From positions 124,001 through 188,000 of the forward strand of contig JAQGDQ010000418.1 in NCBI GenBank assembly GCA_030141605.1: 64,000 bases of DNA. The letters are read 5' to 3'. Below are positions 1 through 12,599 of the stretch, in pieces; positions within the stretch are counted from its first letter, which is position 1, and every line of letters starts with the position of its first letter. Below the pieces are notes generated by a model. It was not told the DNA's origin, did no database searches, and saw only the letters and a list, made by a program, of their open reading frames with translations. A program made the position numbers and the translations under genes. This stretch comes from Tubiluchus corallicola (taxonomy: Eukaryota > Animalia > Priapulida).

Positions 1-150
1 ATAGTTGCCATCGCACGGCCATGATGACGAACCGGCAACTGCAAGAAAAATTCAAAGATTAAGCCATGGTCTTCACTGTAATGACTCCAATGATAGATGA
101 AGCTGCACTCTAACATACACATTTTTAACTTAGACATTTATATACTAATT

Positions 151-780
151 GCACGTTCATACTAGCAAGTTTCTGGCCGAGCAAACTCACCAAGTAACTC
201 ACAAGTGCATTCAGACTAGAAAGCAAAACTCGCTGTGGGTTACTCTCTGAGAATAAAGTGCGAACTGACACTCCTTTCTCTATTCACTGAGGGAAGTGTC
301 GAGTGTCACTCACCGAGACATTCATACGAGACAGTAGTTTGCAGATAATCATCTCGTAGTAACTGTTTGAAAGTCTGCAAAAACTCGGAAGGCTCGTAGA
401 GAAAACCATACAAAACGCCGTCAAATTAAACTAGTTTATTAAGTGAGAATTCTACAACACAAAAGTATGAAGGATCGAGAAACGATTACTGTAAACGTGA
501 AAATCTGGAAAACGTTTAAGTGTATCCGAAAATGTAAGTATTATGTCCGTGAGATCTGCGTGCTCTGTGTGTGCCCTCGTGTCGGTGGCCTGCTTTGCCT
601 TATATAGCGCGCTGTAGAAACTTCCGGAAGTAATGTTCGAGAACATTCCAGACGGTAAGACGATCATTCCGACGGAACATTCTACGATGTTCTATGTAAT
701 TCTAATAGATGCCAGCGATCTCCACAACACTGTTAGAGAGAAAAACTTGCAACAGGAAACTTGCAAGCCTGAATGCACCA
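151..780 (+). mobile_element. PIF/Harbinger-like MITE copy interrupted by a solo-LTR-like insert
   Basis: Shares aagtaactc.caag..gttcagactagaaagcaaaact body with copies at 5207, 6620 and 46238; degenerate TIR ends gcacgttcatactag / cctgaatgcacc. Confidence 0.6.
388..729 (-). mobile_element. Solo-LTR-like sequence nested in the MITE
   Basis: Minus strand begins TGTTGTGG at 729 and carries TATATAA then AATAAA; segment is absent from the other MITE copies; 3' CA end not identifiable. Confidence 0.45.
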
Positions 781-1161
781 CACGAGATGCAATGTATTAA
801 ACAAAAATGCTATGTTTATAACATCTATAGCAGTGCCCACCCATTCATTATTCTGAGTATAGCCATGTTCTTCACATCATAGCAAAATATGCAAAAACAA
901 GAAGAAACAAATTAGTCTTTCATTATAGTCAAAACATCATTTCTTTTGAGCTTCTCGGTTAATGTCACATAAATGGCAAATTTATATGAAACAGAAGAAA
1001 AAATCACTAATGGATTTACTCGACAAATGTGAACGCACCGTTTATGTTAATTCTGCCAGTAGTCAAGCACAAACTTGTGAAAGAGCAAGAGTTTAATTTA
1101 AAGTTCTTGACTATTATTTTGAAGATGCTCAGCAAGTAGAATAAATAAAAAAGTAAAATAC

Positions 1162-4100
1162 CTCCCCACTGGAAGTCCCAGTTTCTATTAGCATCCGTTC
1201 CAAGACATGTTGGGTGGTTGACATCATCAGACCGAGTCTTCATCCAGTTACGATCCTTTTTAAAAAGATTAGATAAATTCAATCCAGAAAAATCCAGTTT
1301 TTTCAAAAACAAAGCTCTTGAAATCCAGGGAGTATTCCATCATTGCATCACAGGTGTTTTTGGAAATCAGTGCTTAACTTTTGCAGAAAATGCACATCGA
1401 TGTTTTGTTGGAGAAATGTTACACACATAACTTCAGCTCAAAGCTTTTCCAGTTTTGTTCAGGAAGAAAAAAGCAAATGCAAAAACTTTTTCATGGCAGA
1501 TGGTAAATTAATAACGCAATACATTGACCAGCTGTGTATAGCTAACTGAAACCTAGTATATGCTTACGAAAAAGCATTCTTTTATCTAGAAAGCTTACCA
1601 GTGAAGATACTGGTAGAACAGTAAGATACAAAGGACAACCTTCAAACTAGAATTAAATAAAGTTTAACACACCGTGACAGAAAGAAAGTGGAATTGTAAC
1701 ATTAAAATGTAATAAACTCTTTTGAACGAAAAATTGCTGACATTATTAGAAAGAAGATTTCACCACTATCTTCTGTGGTGAAGAGATATGGATAAGAGAT
1801 GTGGAATAAGAGATACGGATGATAACACTAAAATTCAAGCCGAGTTGTACAACAAAAACAATTCCAGAATTGAATAGTAATAGAATTGATATACTGTTAC
1901 CCTTATGAATCATTAAATATCACAAATTTTTCACCTTGATATTAAAAGCATCAACAAGTTTGTATTTTACAGCTGATTCTCTTCTTTATTGTCTTCTTTT
2001 CGCATCATCTACCTTCTTCATTCCTTATTTCACAATCCATGGTGGCTTAACAAGGTTCCCTTTTATATAGTACCTTAATATAGTATTTCTAGCAAGTCAG
2101 AATTTATTTTTTTTTGCTGTTTTCAATTATACGAGATGTTGTACAAGTGTATTTGTATTAAACATTCAAACAGAAGAGCATGTTATCTGTTTTTGCCCAC
2201 TTATGACTCACCTTCGTGAAGATAACACTGAACTGAATTTTCACGATCTGCATGAATTTTTCAATAGAAACCCAATTGTGAATTTGTAAATAACTCTTTA
2301 AGCAATTTTTGGACAGTAATGATCATATTATGTTGTCAAAAGTGTGTATCATGAATTTGTAAATAACACTTGAGCTGTTTTTGGACAGTAATGATCATAT
2401 TATGTGGTCAAAAGTGTGTATCGTGAACTTGTAATTAACTCTTGAGCTGTTTTTGGACAGTAATGATCATGTTATATGATCAAGAGTCCTTTTTTTGTAG
2501 TGAACTATGGACTGAACCAAAATATCATGTTCGACTATCTCTTAATCAGTCAATAAACATACATAATATAATAAATATATTATTGCAGTTTGCTGGTGAA
2601 ATAAACTGAATTTAAATTTGAAAATTTGAATTTTGCAATTTGATTAAAGAAAGTTACATTTGTCCTAGTGTATTCGTAGCCATCCGGATTGCCAACAGGG
2701 ACAAAGTACCAAACAACAGTCTGCCGCAGACTCTGCGTTTCCTCATCGTCACCTTTAACGAGCTGAAAATAAGCTTCGTTAGTAAATGTTAATTACAAAA
2801 TTTAACCAAAAACGTTTCGAGGCGAAACTTCTCTTAGTGGATTGCCAAAAATTAAAAAAGAACGGGATTTGTCCAAGTTACACCGTCTAAAACAGCTTTA
2901 ACTTGAGGGAAGAAGAAAAGCTGCCGAAACCCAAATCCAGATGAGGATTCCTCCTGATGACTCCGTTTGTGGTGTCGATGTTGTGTGGAGCAGCGAGGTT
3001 TGTGGCCTTGGCTGTGGCTGTTCTGATTAGCTCTACACTACAGTGACTGTCTCAACATGTCTCAAAATGAATAAATAAAATAGAATCAAAGAAAGATTAT
3101 GTTTCAGGTAACCTGTGAAAACCGAAAATGCAAGGTGCACAGGTTACCTTATAAAACATGAAACAACATTATGACAAACTACGTACCAAACTACCCAAGG
3201 ATGGGTTTAGATGAGATTAGTTTAGACTTCAATTTATTCGTCTCATTCTAAATTCAACATAATATAATAATATACAATATTTAATTATGAATACTTTTTT
3301 TGTCAAACACGGAAGAAAAATTAAAGAGTTATGCACCTTAATTCTTGCACAAAAAGATATTAAATTTCACTTACCTGGTACAAGAAACGGCACTATAGAA
3401 CAAGCATATTTACTTGTTCTACAAGAAGTCTGTATTTGGCGGTAATAAATAACAGTTAAACAGAAAAATCACAAGACACAAACATTACATTGTAGTAAAT
3501 AAAAACAACACATACTCGATCTATGAGCTGTAAGACAGTAGCCGGAGATATCCAGTCTCTTCCACCCATCCCGGCATCAATAAATATTGCTGGTTTGTTG
3601 TCGGTGCCACCCTCTGCAACCTGCAAAACAGTAAACATTACATCATTACAGATAATATGTACCAGCAGTGAACTATCAGCTGATGCCAATTTGCACCTTG
3701 GAACATTTTTGTGCTTTTTCCTTGCAATGTGTTGACCTGTCCTGGTTACCCAACATATAAAAGGCTTTAGAAACTATCAGAAAAGCAGGCAGCTCTCACT
3801 GAAATAAATATTAAGTAGCAGGGCAGCAAAATCAGTTTTCCCATCTTCCGTCCATCCATCCATTCATTCACCCACCAGGCTTGCCCCTGCTTAACTTTGA
3901 TTAATAAAAAACTATAAATGAATACAGCTATTCCAGACTATGGCGTAAATTGGTTTTTCACCTATGTGCAAATGATAACAAAACCAGGAGAATTGCAAGG
4001 TACACTCACCCGAACAAGGTATGTGTTTCGACCCTCGTAGCTCTTCCCAAGGTAGATTCTGGTCACATACTGTCCGTATTGAGAATGTGTGTGCAAATCA

Positions 4101-4222
4101 ACTATGTAGTCATTTATCTGGAAGTGGAAACAGCAATATAAATAAATAAATAAATTATAAATAAATAAATAATTTATAATATATCATAAATAAATAATGA
4201 TATACAATAATAATAATTATTA

Positions 4223-4274
<52 letters not shown>

Positions 4275-4842
4275 TATTGATAATTATTTATTAATAATTT
4301 ATAAATAAAGCAAATTTTTTTGCAGGCAGCATATTTTCAGTTACACAGATTATAAATCATAAGTTAGAACAAAGAGTTAGCACTACACACCAACAACTTT
4401 GCAAAAACTGAGTGTTTTGTTATATCGAAAAAAATTAAACATTTAATTGCATTTAAATCCTTACTTAGTAGCTCCCATCACACTGACAACAAAATTTATA
4501 AAATCTAGCAGCAGTACATACTAAACTAAAACCTCTAATGCGCATATATCGTAGTAAAATTACCAAATTCGTCTTGTGCCAAAAAACAATTAACAAAAAT
4601 GTAATAAGTAGTTATTAGCTACGACTATTTTGATGTAATATAATGTAAAATTTATTTATATAGAGCACTACATCATTTAAAATTTCAGCACAGTGAACGA
4701 TGAAATACATTTAAAATTCATAAGAAACATAAAATTTAAAAGGCGCTAAAAATTAAAAATAAGGACAATTAATAAGCATCAAAGTTTACTTACATCATCA
4801 AATGAATTATACTGGTTGATGTTCACATCTTGTTTTGTACCA
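1162..4842 (-). CDS. M14 (carboxypeptidase A/B-like) homologue, spliced, partial; probably catalytically inactive. Exons about 4842-4794, 4117-4010, 3620-3516, 2762-2658, 1255-1162; continues beyond left edge
   Basis: Phase-compatible GT-AG exons give ...DVNINQYNSFDD/INDYIVDLHTHSQYGQYVTRIYLGKSYEGRNTYLVR/VAEGGTDNKPAIFIDAGMGGRDWISPATVLQLIDR/LVKGDDEETQSLRQTVVWYFVPVGNPDGYEYTRTN/DRNWMKTRSDDVNHPTCLGTDANRNWDFQWG, matching M14A motifs GKSYEGR, IDAG..REW, NPDGYEY, D.NRNW. Start codon and acceptor of the most 5' exon are uncertain. Confidence 0.9.
2279..2485. repeat. About 72-bp tandem repeat x3 (intronic)
   Basis: gaatttgtaaataact...ggacagtaatgatcatattatg...aaagtgtgtatc repeated three times. Confidence 0.85.
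4140..4310. repeat. (AAT)n / AT-rich microsatellite
   Basis: Seen directly. Confidence 0.9.
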
Positions 4843-5206
4843 CTTGAACACAACATGAGATGACAAAAAATAAAACTGAATTAAATGCTATAATAAACTT
4901 TATTTATTAAGTTAACAAAACAAACAAACAAACAAACAAATGAAATAAACGTATCACATTATAAGACTAGATGCAGTTTACAGATCTAAAATATTTGAAG
5001 AACAATTGAAGACGGTTTACTTTATTTATATCAAATTTATAAATAATTTAACATGTTGAAGAAACAGTAGAAATGACTGAAAAAGTGACCAACATTTTTA
5101 ATTATCACGATTTTCTCAGTTTGAAAAACCCTGTGCATTTCCGTGCAAGAACAAATTTTCGCATTACTGTACATCATTGCAGTTCTCTTGTTTAGTTTAA
5201 TTCTTA

Positions 5207-5525
5207 CGGCACATCCAAACTAGCAAATTTTCTGGCCAAGTAAACTCGCCAAGTAACTCGCAAGCATGTTCAGACTAAAGAACGAAACTTACTGTGAGTT
5301 ACTCTCAAACAGCAAGTGCAAGCTGACTCTCCCTTCTCTGCTCAATGCGAGAAGTAAAGAGAGTAACTTGCCGCAGCTAGACAGTAACTCACAGGAAATC
5401 ATCGCGCAACAACTGCACGACACTTTACAATAATTTACAGAGTAACTCGCATAACACTTCACTCTTGCAAGTTTGCTGTCAGAAAGAAAACTCCTGACAG
5501 AAAACTCTCTAGTGTGAATGTGCCA
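5207..5525 (+). mobile_element. PIF/Harbinger-like MITE, complete
   Basis: TIR cggcacatccaaactag / ctagtgtgaatgtgcca flanked by TTA on both sides (3-bp TSD). Confidence 0.75.
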
Positions 5526-6619
5526 TTAGGAACATGATTTACTTCATATGAGAGGCTTTTATATAGGTTTTCTATAAACCTGTTAGAATCAATAATTATA
5601 GCTGATCATGTACACATATGTACTGCTTCGAGTCTCTATTATACTGATAAATAACAGTTTAAATCAACTATTAGGAATATGCATATGTCACATAACAGCA
5701 CGGGGTGTTTTAGCCTAAAAAGTAGCTTTTTGAACAGTACAAAAGCAAAGATGCTTAACTAAAATTTTAAAAAGTGCAGGCTTAATTGGTTAGGGCATGC
5801 CTTGCATACTTGTACATCTAACTTTGACAATGATTTAGAAGACAATACAGCACTATTAGGCAAATTCTCTTTGGCAAAGAGATAATTCAAATGCAGCCCT
5901 AGCAGCCCTATTTGCATCTGGTTTCAAGTTCAAGCTAAATCTTAATCCATAATGCAGAGATGGGGTATTAGCATAAATGCTATTTGCCCCTCAACTATAC
6001 TAAATTAGCTTAAACTGAAATTTTAAATGTAGTGGTACCACTGCAGATAGAGGAAGGTCATGCCATCAGAAGATTTTGTTCCCATTAATCTTGGTTTGAT
6101 TACGAACGCGATAAATTACATGCAAAACTAAAACTGCTAATGCCTAAAAACAACAACTGAAAAATCTTAATCGATGCATCAACTATGAAAACATGAAAAA
6201 AAAACATAAAAAATTATGGCAAAATGAAACATACCGGCTCAAAACACATGCAAGTACCAGTGCAAAAACAAAGAACCTAAGGAACCACATAGTGAAAAAA
6301 TGATCACAAATAATCTACTATGTAGAATAAATGCAACAAAAATGGTCTCATTTTCACCGACAGCTATTCACGCTGTCGTGTTGTTTACTCAGCTGCTGTG
6401 TATCACACGAGAGTCTATCTAAAAACTCCTATATAAATAAATGCTCAACTTAACACTGTATAATACAAGGTACTGCTAAAACAGAAATCTACATAGCACA
6501 GAACAAAGTTGCTTTAACCATTATGTAATGGCAAAAATACATAATAAACTTGAAGTATTAATTGCATTTGTATTACAGAAAGCGTAAAAGCAATGCTCTA
6601 ATTAAATGATCATCTCTAA

Positions 6620-6931
6620 CGACGAGTTCAGACTAGTAAGTTTTTTGTCGCGAATTTTCCCTCTGATAGCAAACTCACAAGTGCAAACTGCTTTGCGGGT
6701 TGCAGTTAGAAAGTTACTGCAAACTATATTTTCAATTCAATTTCAATTTTTTACTTGAAATAAATTGATTTACTGTCTAGCGTGAATGCCGACACAGTGA
6801 GTTACTCTCGACAATTCTCGCAGTGAGTAGAGAAGAGAGTGTCAGACAGTAACTCTCAGCAGATTTTGCGCTGTAGTCTGAACACCCTTGCAAGTAACTT
6901 GACAAGAAAACTTGCTAGTCTGAATGCGCCG
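6620..6931 (-). mobile_element. PIF/Harbinger-like MITE, complete, inverted relative to the 5207 copy
   Basis: TIR cgacgagttcagactag / ctagtctgaatgcgccg flanked by TAA both sides. Confidence 0.75.
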
Positions 6932-7749
6932 TAAAGCTTATTATGACTTGAAAATAACTTGAAGCAAAATGATATTATATTTTATTGACGTAATTAACAT
7001 AATTTATTGTCCACTTCAGCAAAATAAATTATGTAAATTACGTCAATAAAATATAATATGAAATATAATTTTAAATGCATTTACCTATTCAACATACTTG
7101 TTGGGGCACAAAGAAGCATTTGTAGGAGAATAAGACATATACTTGTCTAACTATGTGACAACAGCTTAACTTTCTGGAATATTTCCTCAAAGACTGACTT
7201 AGACTGATATCACCACTTCAAAACGTATTTAAGAGACTGCTACCTCCTTACACGTTTTACAATAAGGAAATATGATAAAATACTAAGTAAAACAATGCCT
7301 CACTAAAAGACGAAAATTAAAAAATTTGAAAGCTTGGTAGCTACTAGAAAACTGAGGATACATTTATGACAAAATATTCTTATAATGATACGACTAATAG
7401 CAAAAACTATCACAAATGCTGTACTTCAGTCTTCTGTTACAAGATAATGATTACTTTGTTTTATTGATTAACTATTCTGTTGTTTTGAGGTTGTTGAAGA
7501 TTTGGTTGTCCGGGTTACTTTAAATTAGCCCCAGCTGCAACGCCAAGCCTTTGGAAGGACATATGTCACCCTGTTGTGAATTTTGGGATCAGCAAAGATA
7601 ACAGAAGATACTCCAGATTTCTATCCCTCACAGTACATGGCATCAGAGACCGATCATCAAGTTCCATGAAAGTTTTGGAACCTGAAAATGATTTACGAAT
7701 CACAGCACAAATATTTAGCATAGCTTAATATTTCACATCCCTGTACTAA

Positions 7750-10700
7750 TCAATGGACTGGATAGAGCTTCCGTATTAGATACTCGTGCAGCTCTTGGGG
7801 AAGTTCAAACGTGCGCACAGCATCCGGCAGGTAGAGGGCGTTAGTAATCAGCACCTGTATGTTCTTCCGGCAGATTTGTTTAAGACTAGGTGGTATGGAT
7901 TGACAGTACCACGTGAGAAATTCAGGCTCGATGCGATCTCGGAGTTTTGGCATGATATTCCTGGCGTGCAACCACTCCGCCAGGTTCAACGTGTCACACT
8001 CGTTCATTATCAAACATTTCATGGCGGCAACGTTGCGTTGTACGACGCGTTCGTTGCGAAACTTGTCCACCGCTTGCATGCATGTGTACAATGGCGTCTC
8101 ACGTGAATGGTCCATGAAGTCTATGTTGCTGCCGCCACGTATCAGCTCCGTGATGATGTCGGCTAGTCCCCACCAGGCGGCGTAGTGCAGCGCAATTTTG
8201 CCGAACGTGTTGGGCTGGTTGACTAGAGAGCCAGCTTTGATGAGACACTTAACGGTTTCCGTACTGTTGTGGACGAGCCCGTTTTGTACACAAACGTGCA
8301 GAACAGTGTTCTGATTGTTGCCACGCTGATGAATGTCTGCACCTAAAAACAAGCTTGCGAATAATTTCATTCGATGAAGTAAAATGATTCAATAATTAGC
8401 TAGAACAGTTTGCAGAATCATTAACTAATCATCTTCATTATCCAATGAAGATCTCCTAACAATAGGCACCTTCAACAAGTTACCACTTTGATAGAGAAAA
8501 ATGTTTTATAAAAAATTTTTGAGCCATGCTTAAACCTTTTTACTTCCAGTAAAATTGACAATTATATTCTTTAATTGTTAAATTGATAATTAATCTAGTA
8601 GCACAATTTAATACAATAAGCGGACTTTGCATAAAACAGACTATTTCTGGTTGTCCAATCTACCACATTAGCATGGCACATGTCCGGACAGAGATCTGAT
8701 GGCCAGTTGGCGCAATGTGCTGCTCGTTTATCTCGCAAGGTCCAACTTAAAATACACTGTCTAGACACAATACATTGCAATACGCTGCTCGTTTATTTCA
8801 CAAGGTCCAACTTAAAATACACTGTCTAGACACAATACATTAGCTAACCTTGTCAGCTAGCCAAGTGAGTATAAGTGAGGGAACACTGTAGCACCGGCGT
8901 ATTACATTTGGACCTGTTAAATCCGACGATATCAATAATGACAGTAACAGACAAACCTTGCTATAATGCCCCCTTTATAATGCTAACCTCTTAATGCACA
9001 AACTTTCACAAAATGTGAATATTTGCATAGAGAAGTATGAATTAATACAACTCATTATAATGGCAAAAGCGCTTAACGCCAACATCTTTGTAGTGCCAAA
9101 GTAGGCGGTATAAACAGGTTCAACTGCAGTTCATATATGAACATTAACCCAGTTCAACCTAGTAAAAGGCAAATATAATCAATTCTAAATTATAGACTTT
9201 AATAGTACATAAATATAACGTTACCGAAAGCCTGAAATCATGGCCTACGTGTAGTTTCATTTCAGAATGTAGAAAATCTGTTCTTAACTTTTATGACAAT
9301 AAGTCAGACGACTCTGGGTGCTACTAACACTACTCTCAATTAATCTAACTGCAACAGCACAGTAAATTCAAATTATAACAACTAAAGACTACCAACCGGC
9401 TTTGATCAACGAGTCAGCTAGCGCTTTCCTTCCGTGGTAAGCAGCTTTCTGCAACGGTGTCCACCCATAACGATCTCGCATGTTCACCTGTGATCCGGCA
9501 GCTAAAAGAGTCTGAAAATCGTGCAGGTATCAGAATACCTAGACGTGAGTTAGCAACATAGAAGCTCACTACGTTTACCTTTCTTTATCTTTAACTACAA
9601 TATTTCAGCCAACTGTATAAACTACTTTGTTTTTCACTGTCGTTTATCGTCTTTTACTTTACAAAAAAAAATCAGGTACCTGCATTGTCACTGGTGTAGT
9701 GGCTAGCAGAGCTGCCCAGATAGTAAACGATCTGGGTTCGAATCCCAGTGGTGGTTAAAAACGTTTATAATTTAGTACTCCTTTCGTGTATCTATATGAT
9801 TGCTTATGTGCAGTGCCTTGATACAATGTGGACTTTGATTTACCGTTCATAGATCTCTAGTAACTCATAGAGTAAATTTCTTAGTATTAAAAGTAGTTTA
9901 TCTCCGTGACGTAGTGATTAGCATAGTTAGCCAAAGAACAAAAAGCCTGGGTTTGAGTCTCAGTGGTGGTGGAAATCTTTTTACTAAATTAGTAAATTAG
10001 TTTACACACTTACTAAATTAGTATTGCATTCGTGTGTTCATTAGATTGCTAGTATTATATGGATTTTGGTCAGTAATGTTTAAACAGAAGTCATACTAGT
10101 CATACTAGTAACCTTCTTATGCTTATGTAAACAAGGCAGCTGAAAAGCTGAGTCATCATTGCATAGGCGTATGCTTCAACCAAAGTTAAGAAAAAAACAA
10201 GACTGGACACTAGTGGACAGCAGACGGTTTATGACAACCTGGGTTCAATACCCATTCTGTGAAGTTTCATTTGCCATGCTGGTTTTAGCTGTTATTACGG
10301 AGAAGAGATATATCGGGTGGGGCAAAAAAATTTGCCGTGTGTGACTACAATAACATTACAAGCATTATTAAAATGTCAAAATAAGTCACAATTTTTCAGT
10401 GTGATACTACAATAAATTAGTTTACAGGAGAGAAGACACATGGTGACCATCCAACAGCAATGCTTAAGAAGAAAAAACCCCAGCTGGCCTTGGCAGAACT
10501 ACCCAAGTCACATGCACACACTGAGTTTACATGATTGGCTAGTAAAACACACTAGCCAGCAACCATATATGGGACAGCACTGACCAAGGCCACAACCTGG
10601 ATTAAACGTGACACAGTTCAATAAAAAAAAATTTAAATGTAGGTGGCAACACGTATTAAATTATTATTGCGGTACGTTAAATTAAGAATCGCAAATGAAA

Positions 10701-12329
10701 TGTGCAACATCAGCTAATCGTCAATTGAAAGTTGGCACATCACATCAACTATTTAAAGCATTCAACACATGGCAGAAAAACAATAAAGAAACCAACCAGT
10801 TTACACCACAGAAAAAGTGCTGATAAAGATTTGTGTTAAGAAAAAATGTAGCTTAATCCTATCAACTACAATATTAGAGACAGTGTACAGAGCTATGTGA
10901 CTTTGATGTAGAGGAACAAAAGACAACCATATATTCCTTAAAAAAGTAAGAAACTGCCAGCTAATAGAAGAAATACCTTTGTCTACTTTGCAGTGGAAAT
11001 GGCAGACTAATATAATAAAGCACTTGCTGTAACTTGTAACATTATATATTTAGTGATGCACAAAATTTACCCACATTTAATTTTTTGAGAATTTTGTTGT
11101 TTTAAAACTTCTGTACTTCAGTATTTTAATATTTCTGTATTTTAATAAAACAAAGGGAATGGCCTACATTTTTTGTGCCTATGTAAAGCTACCAACAGGA
11201 AACACTAAAACTGCACAGATTTAGCCAAAATAAACTATTTTATTGAAAACAGTAAAGACATTTCATAGCAACAGACTCATCAGCTTAAGGTGGTAATATT
11301 GTATCTGACTACAACAGGGAAGCCCAGATTAGGCGAAGGCTATGTCACAAGTAGGACACAACCAATGTGACAGAGGGTAGTGTTAGCAGAATTGAAGCCA
11401 TAATGACTCTTACGCTTATTCATAATTGTCTGTAATGTCACTGTGGTAATTTTAAAGCGATTCCATTATTTTCTTCTTAGAACATTGTGATCAAAATCTT
11501 GGCACATTTTTTGCACCACCTAATACATACATCCATTTGTGAATAAAACTTCTCTGATCCTAGATAATAAGAGATGTTCTGGTCTTAAGTTCGGCGCAAT
11601 TTATTAGTGTTTCCATCAGATACCGGGCAAGTGCTGGTTTGGCAGTGCAAAGGCTATTTCAGGTCGTTAACAAAGTAAGAATAAATGAATCATTAAGTTT
11701 AACAGCACACAAAAAGGATACTATAGATTATTTTATTCCTCTAACCCTTATGCTAGTAGTACTCAGTATGGTACACAGCTGACATACTGATGTAGCTGAC
11801 TCACTGACGAAGAGTGCTATTCAAGTAATTAAGAAGTCTAGCAAATATCAAAAACTCAGTCAAACGCCTTGTGTTGGGAAACACTAACTTTTGCAATTCA
11901 TAGCTTGCGTGTTCAGGCATTCTCGGTGTAATAACTGTATGCTTGTTGTTAACATAACAGTGCAGTTAGTTAAAATGAAGCAGTGGCTGTTTTTATCTGT
12001 TAACATAAATCATTACAATTTCTTCACTGCCGCTGAATCTTAACAATCCCCGACGGGTATAAAGAAAAAGGTACCCGTGTAAACACTACATTTCATAACT
12101 TCCTTACCTCAGCTATCACATGATGATTAAGAGAAACCGCTTGTCCCAACGGAGTACAGCCATCTTTGACACTCGGCGCATCCACATTATCCCAAACTCG
12201 GTTCACATTGACCCCGGCCCGGATCAGCTGCTGCAGGGACAAAATGTCGTTCTTCATCACGGCTATGTGGAGTCGCCGTACTGCGTCCGACATGCCATTC
12301 TCAGGGTCAGCTGCTTGCGTGTTACCCAT
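7750..12329 (-). CDS. Ankyrin repeat and SOCS box-containing (ASB-like) protein, 309 aa; exons 12329-12108, 9511-9397, 8342-7750
   Basis: Exons of 222+115+593=930 nt join in frame at GT-AG sites; ankyrin motifs (GCTPLGQAV, GWTPLQKAAYHG, NTVLHVCV, GKIALHYAAWWG, ETPLYTC) and C-terminal SOCS box PPSLKQICRKNI...LPQELHEYL. Confidence 0.92.
8719..8841. repeat. About 60-bp direct duplication (intronic)
   Basis: gctgctcgtttat...aaggtccaacttaaaatacactgtctagacacaatacatt twice. Confidence 0.85.
9688..9976 (+). mobile_element. Two tandem tRNA-derived SINE heads (about 9688-9760 and 9903-9976)
   Basis: A box-like tggtgtagtggctag and B box GGTTCGAATCC followed by cagtggtgg; second copy degenerate; no full cloverleaf. 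Confidence 0.55.
11235..11500 (-). mobile_element. Penelope-like element 3' relic with degenerate minimal hammerhead (11253-11287) and AATAAA
   Basis: Minus strand: frameshifted VLRRK-IMESL...MNKR (GIY-YIG C-terminus-like), then taag CTGATGA gtctgttgctat GAAA tg TC ttta, then AATAAA. Confidence 0.45.
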
Positions 12330-12599
12330 TGCAACTTCCAGACATCACCGCAGGTTGCTTAGCAACGTAACATCTGCCGATTTCAATACAATTAACTAAC
12401 AAGCAAAATATGCAAGTCTGTATTAAAAATATTGCTACAGTCCGAACTAAAACATTGAAATGTCTGACTATAAATCGTGTAATGGATTTTTCGTATTTTT
12501 CAAATTGAACCAATTATTTTAGTACAACATGCTGAATATTGACAACTCAATTAAAAAGCCCCTTTTTATGTAAAATATAGAAGGCAGTGGTTAGAGGTA

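Noticed and set aside
9688-9760. tRNA gene
   Set aside because: B box present but no acceptor-stem pairing; looks like a SINE head
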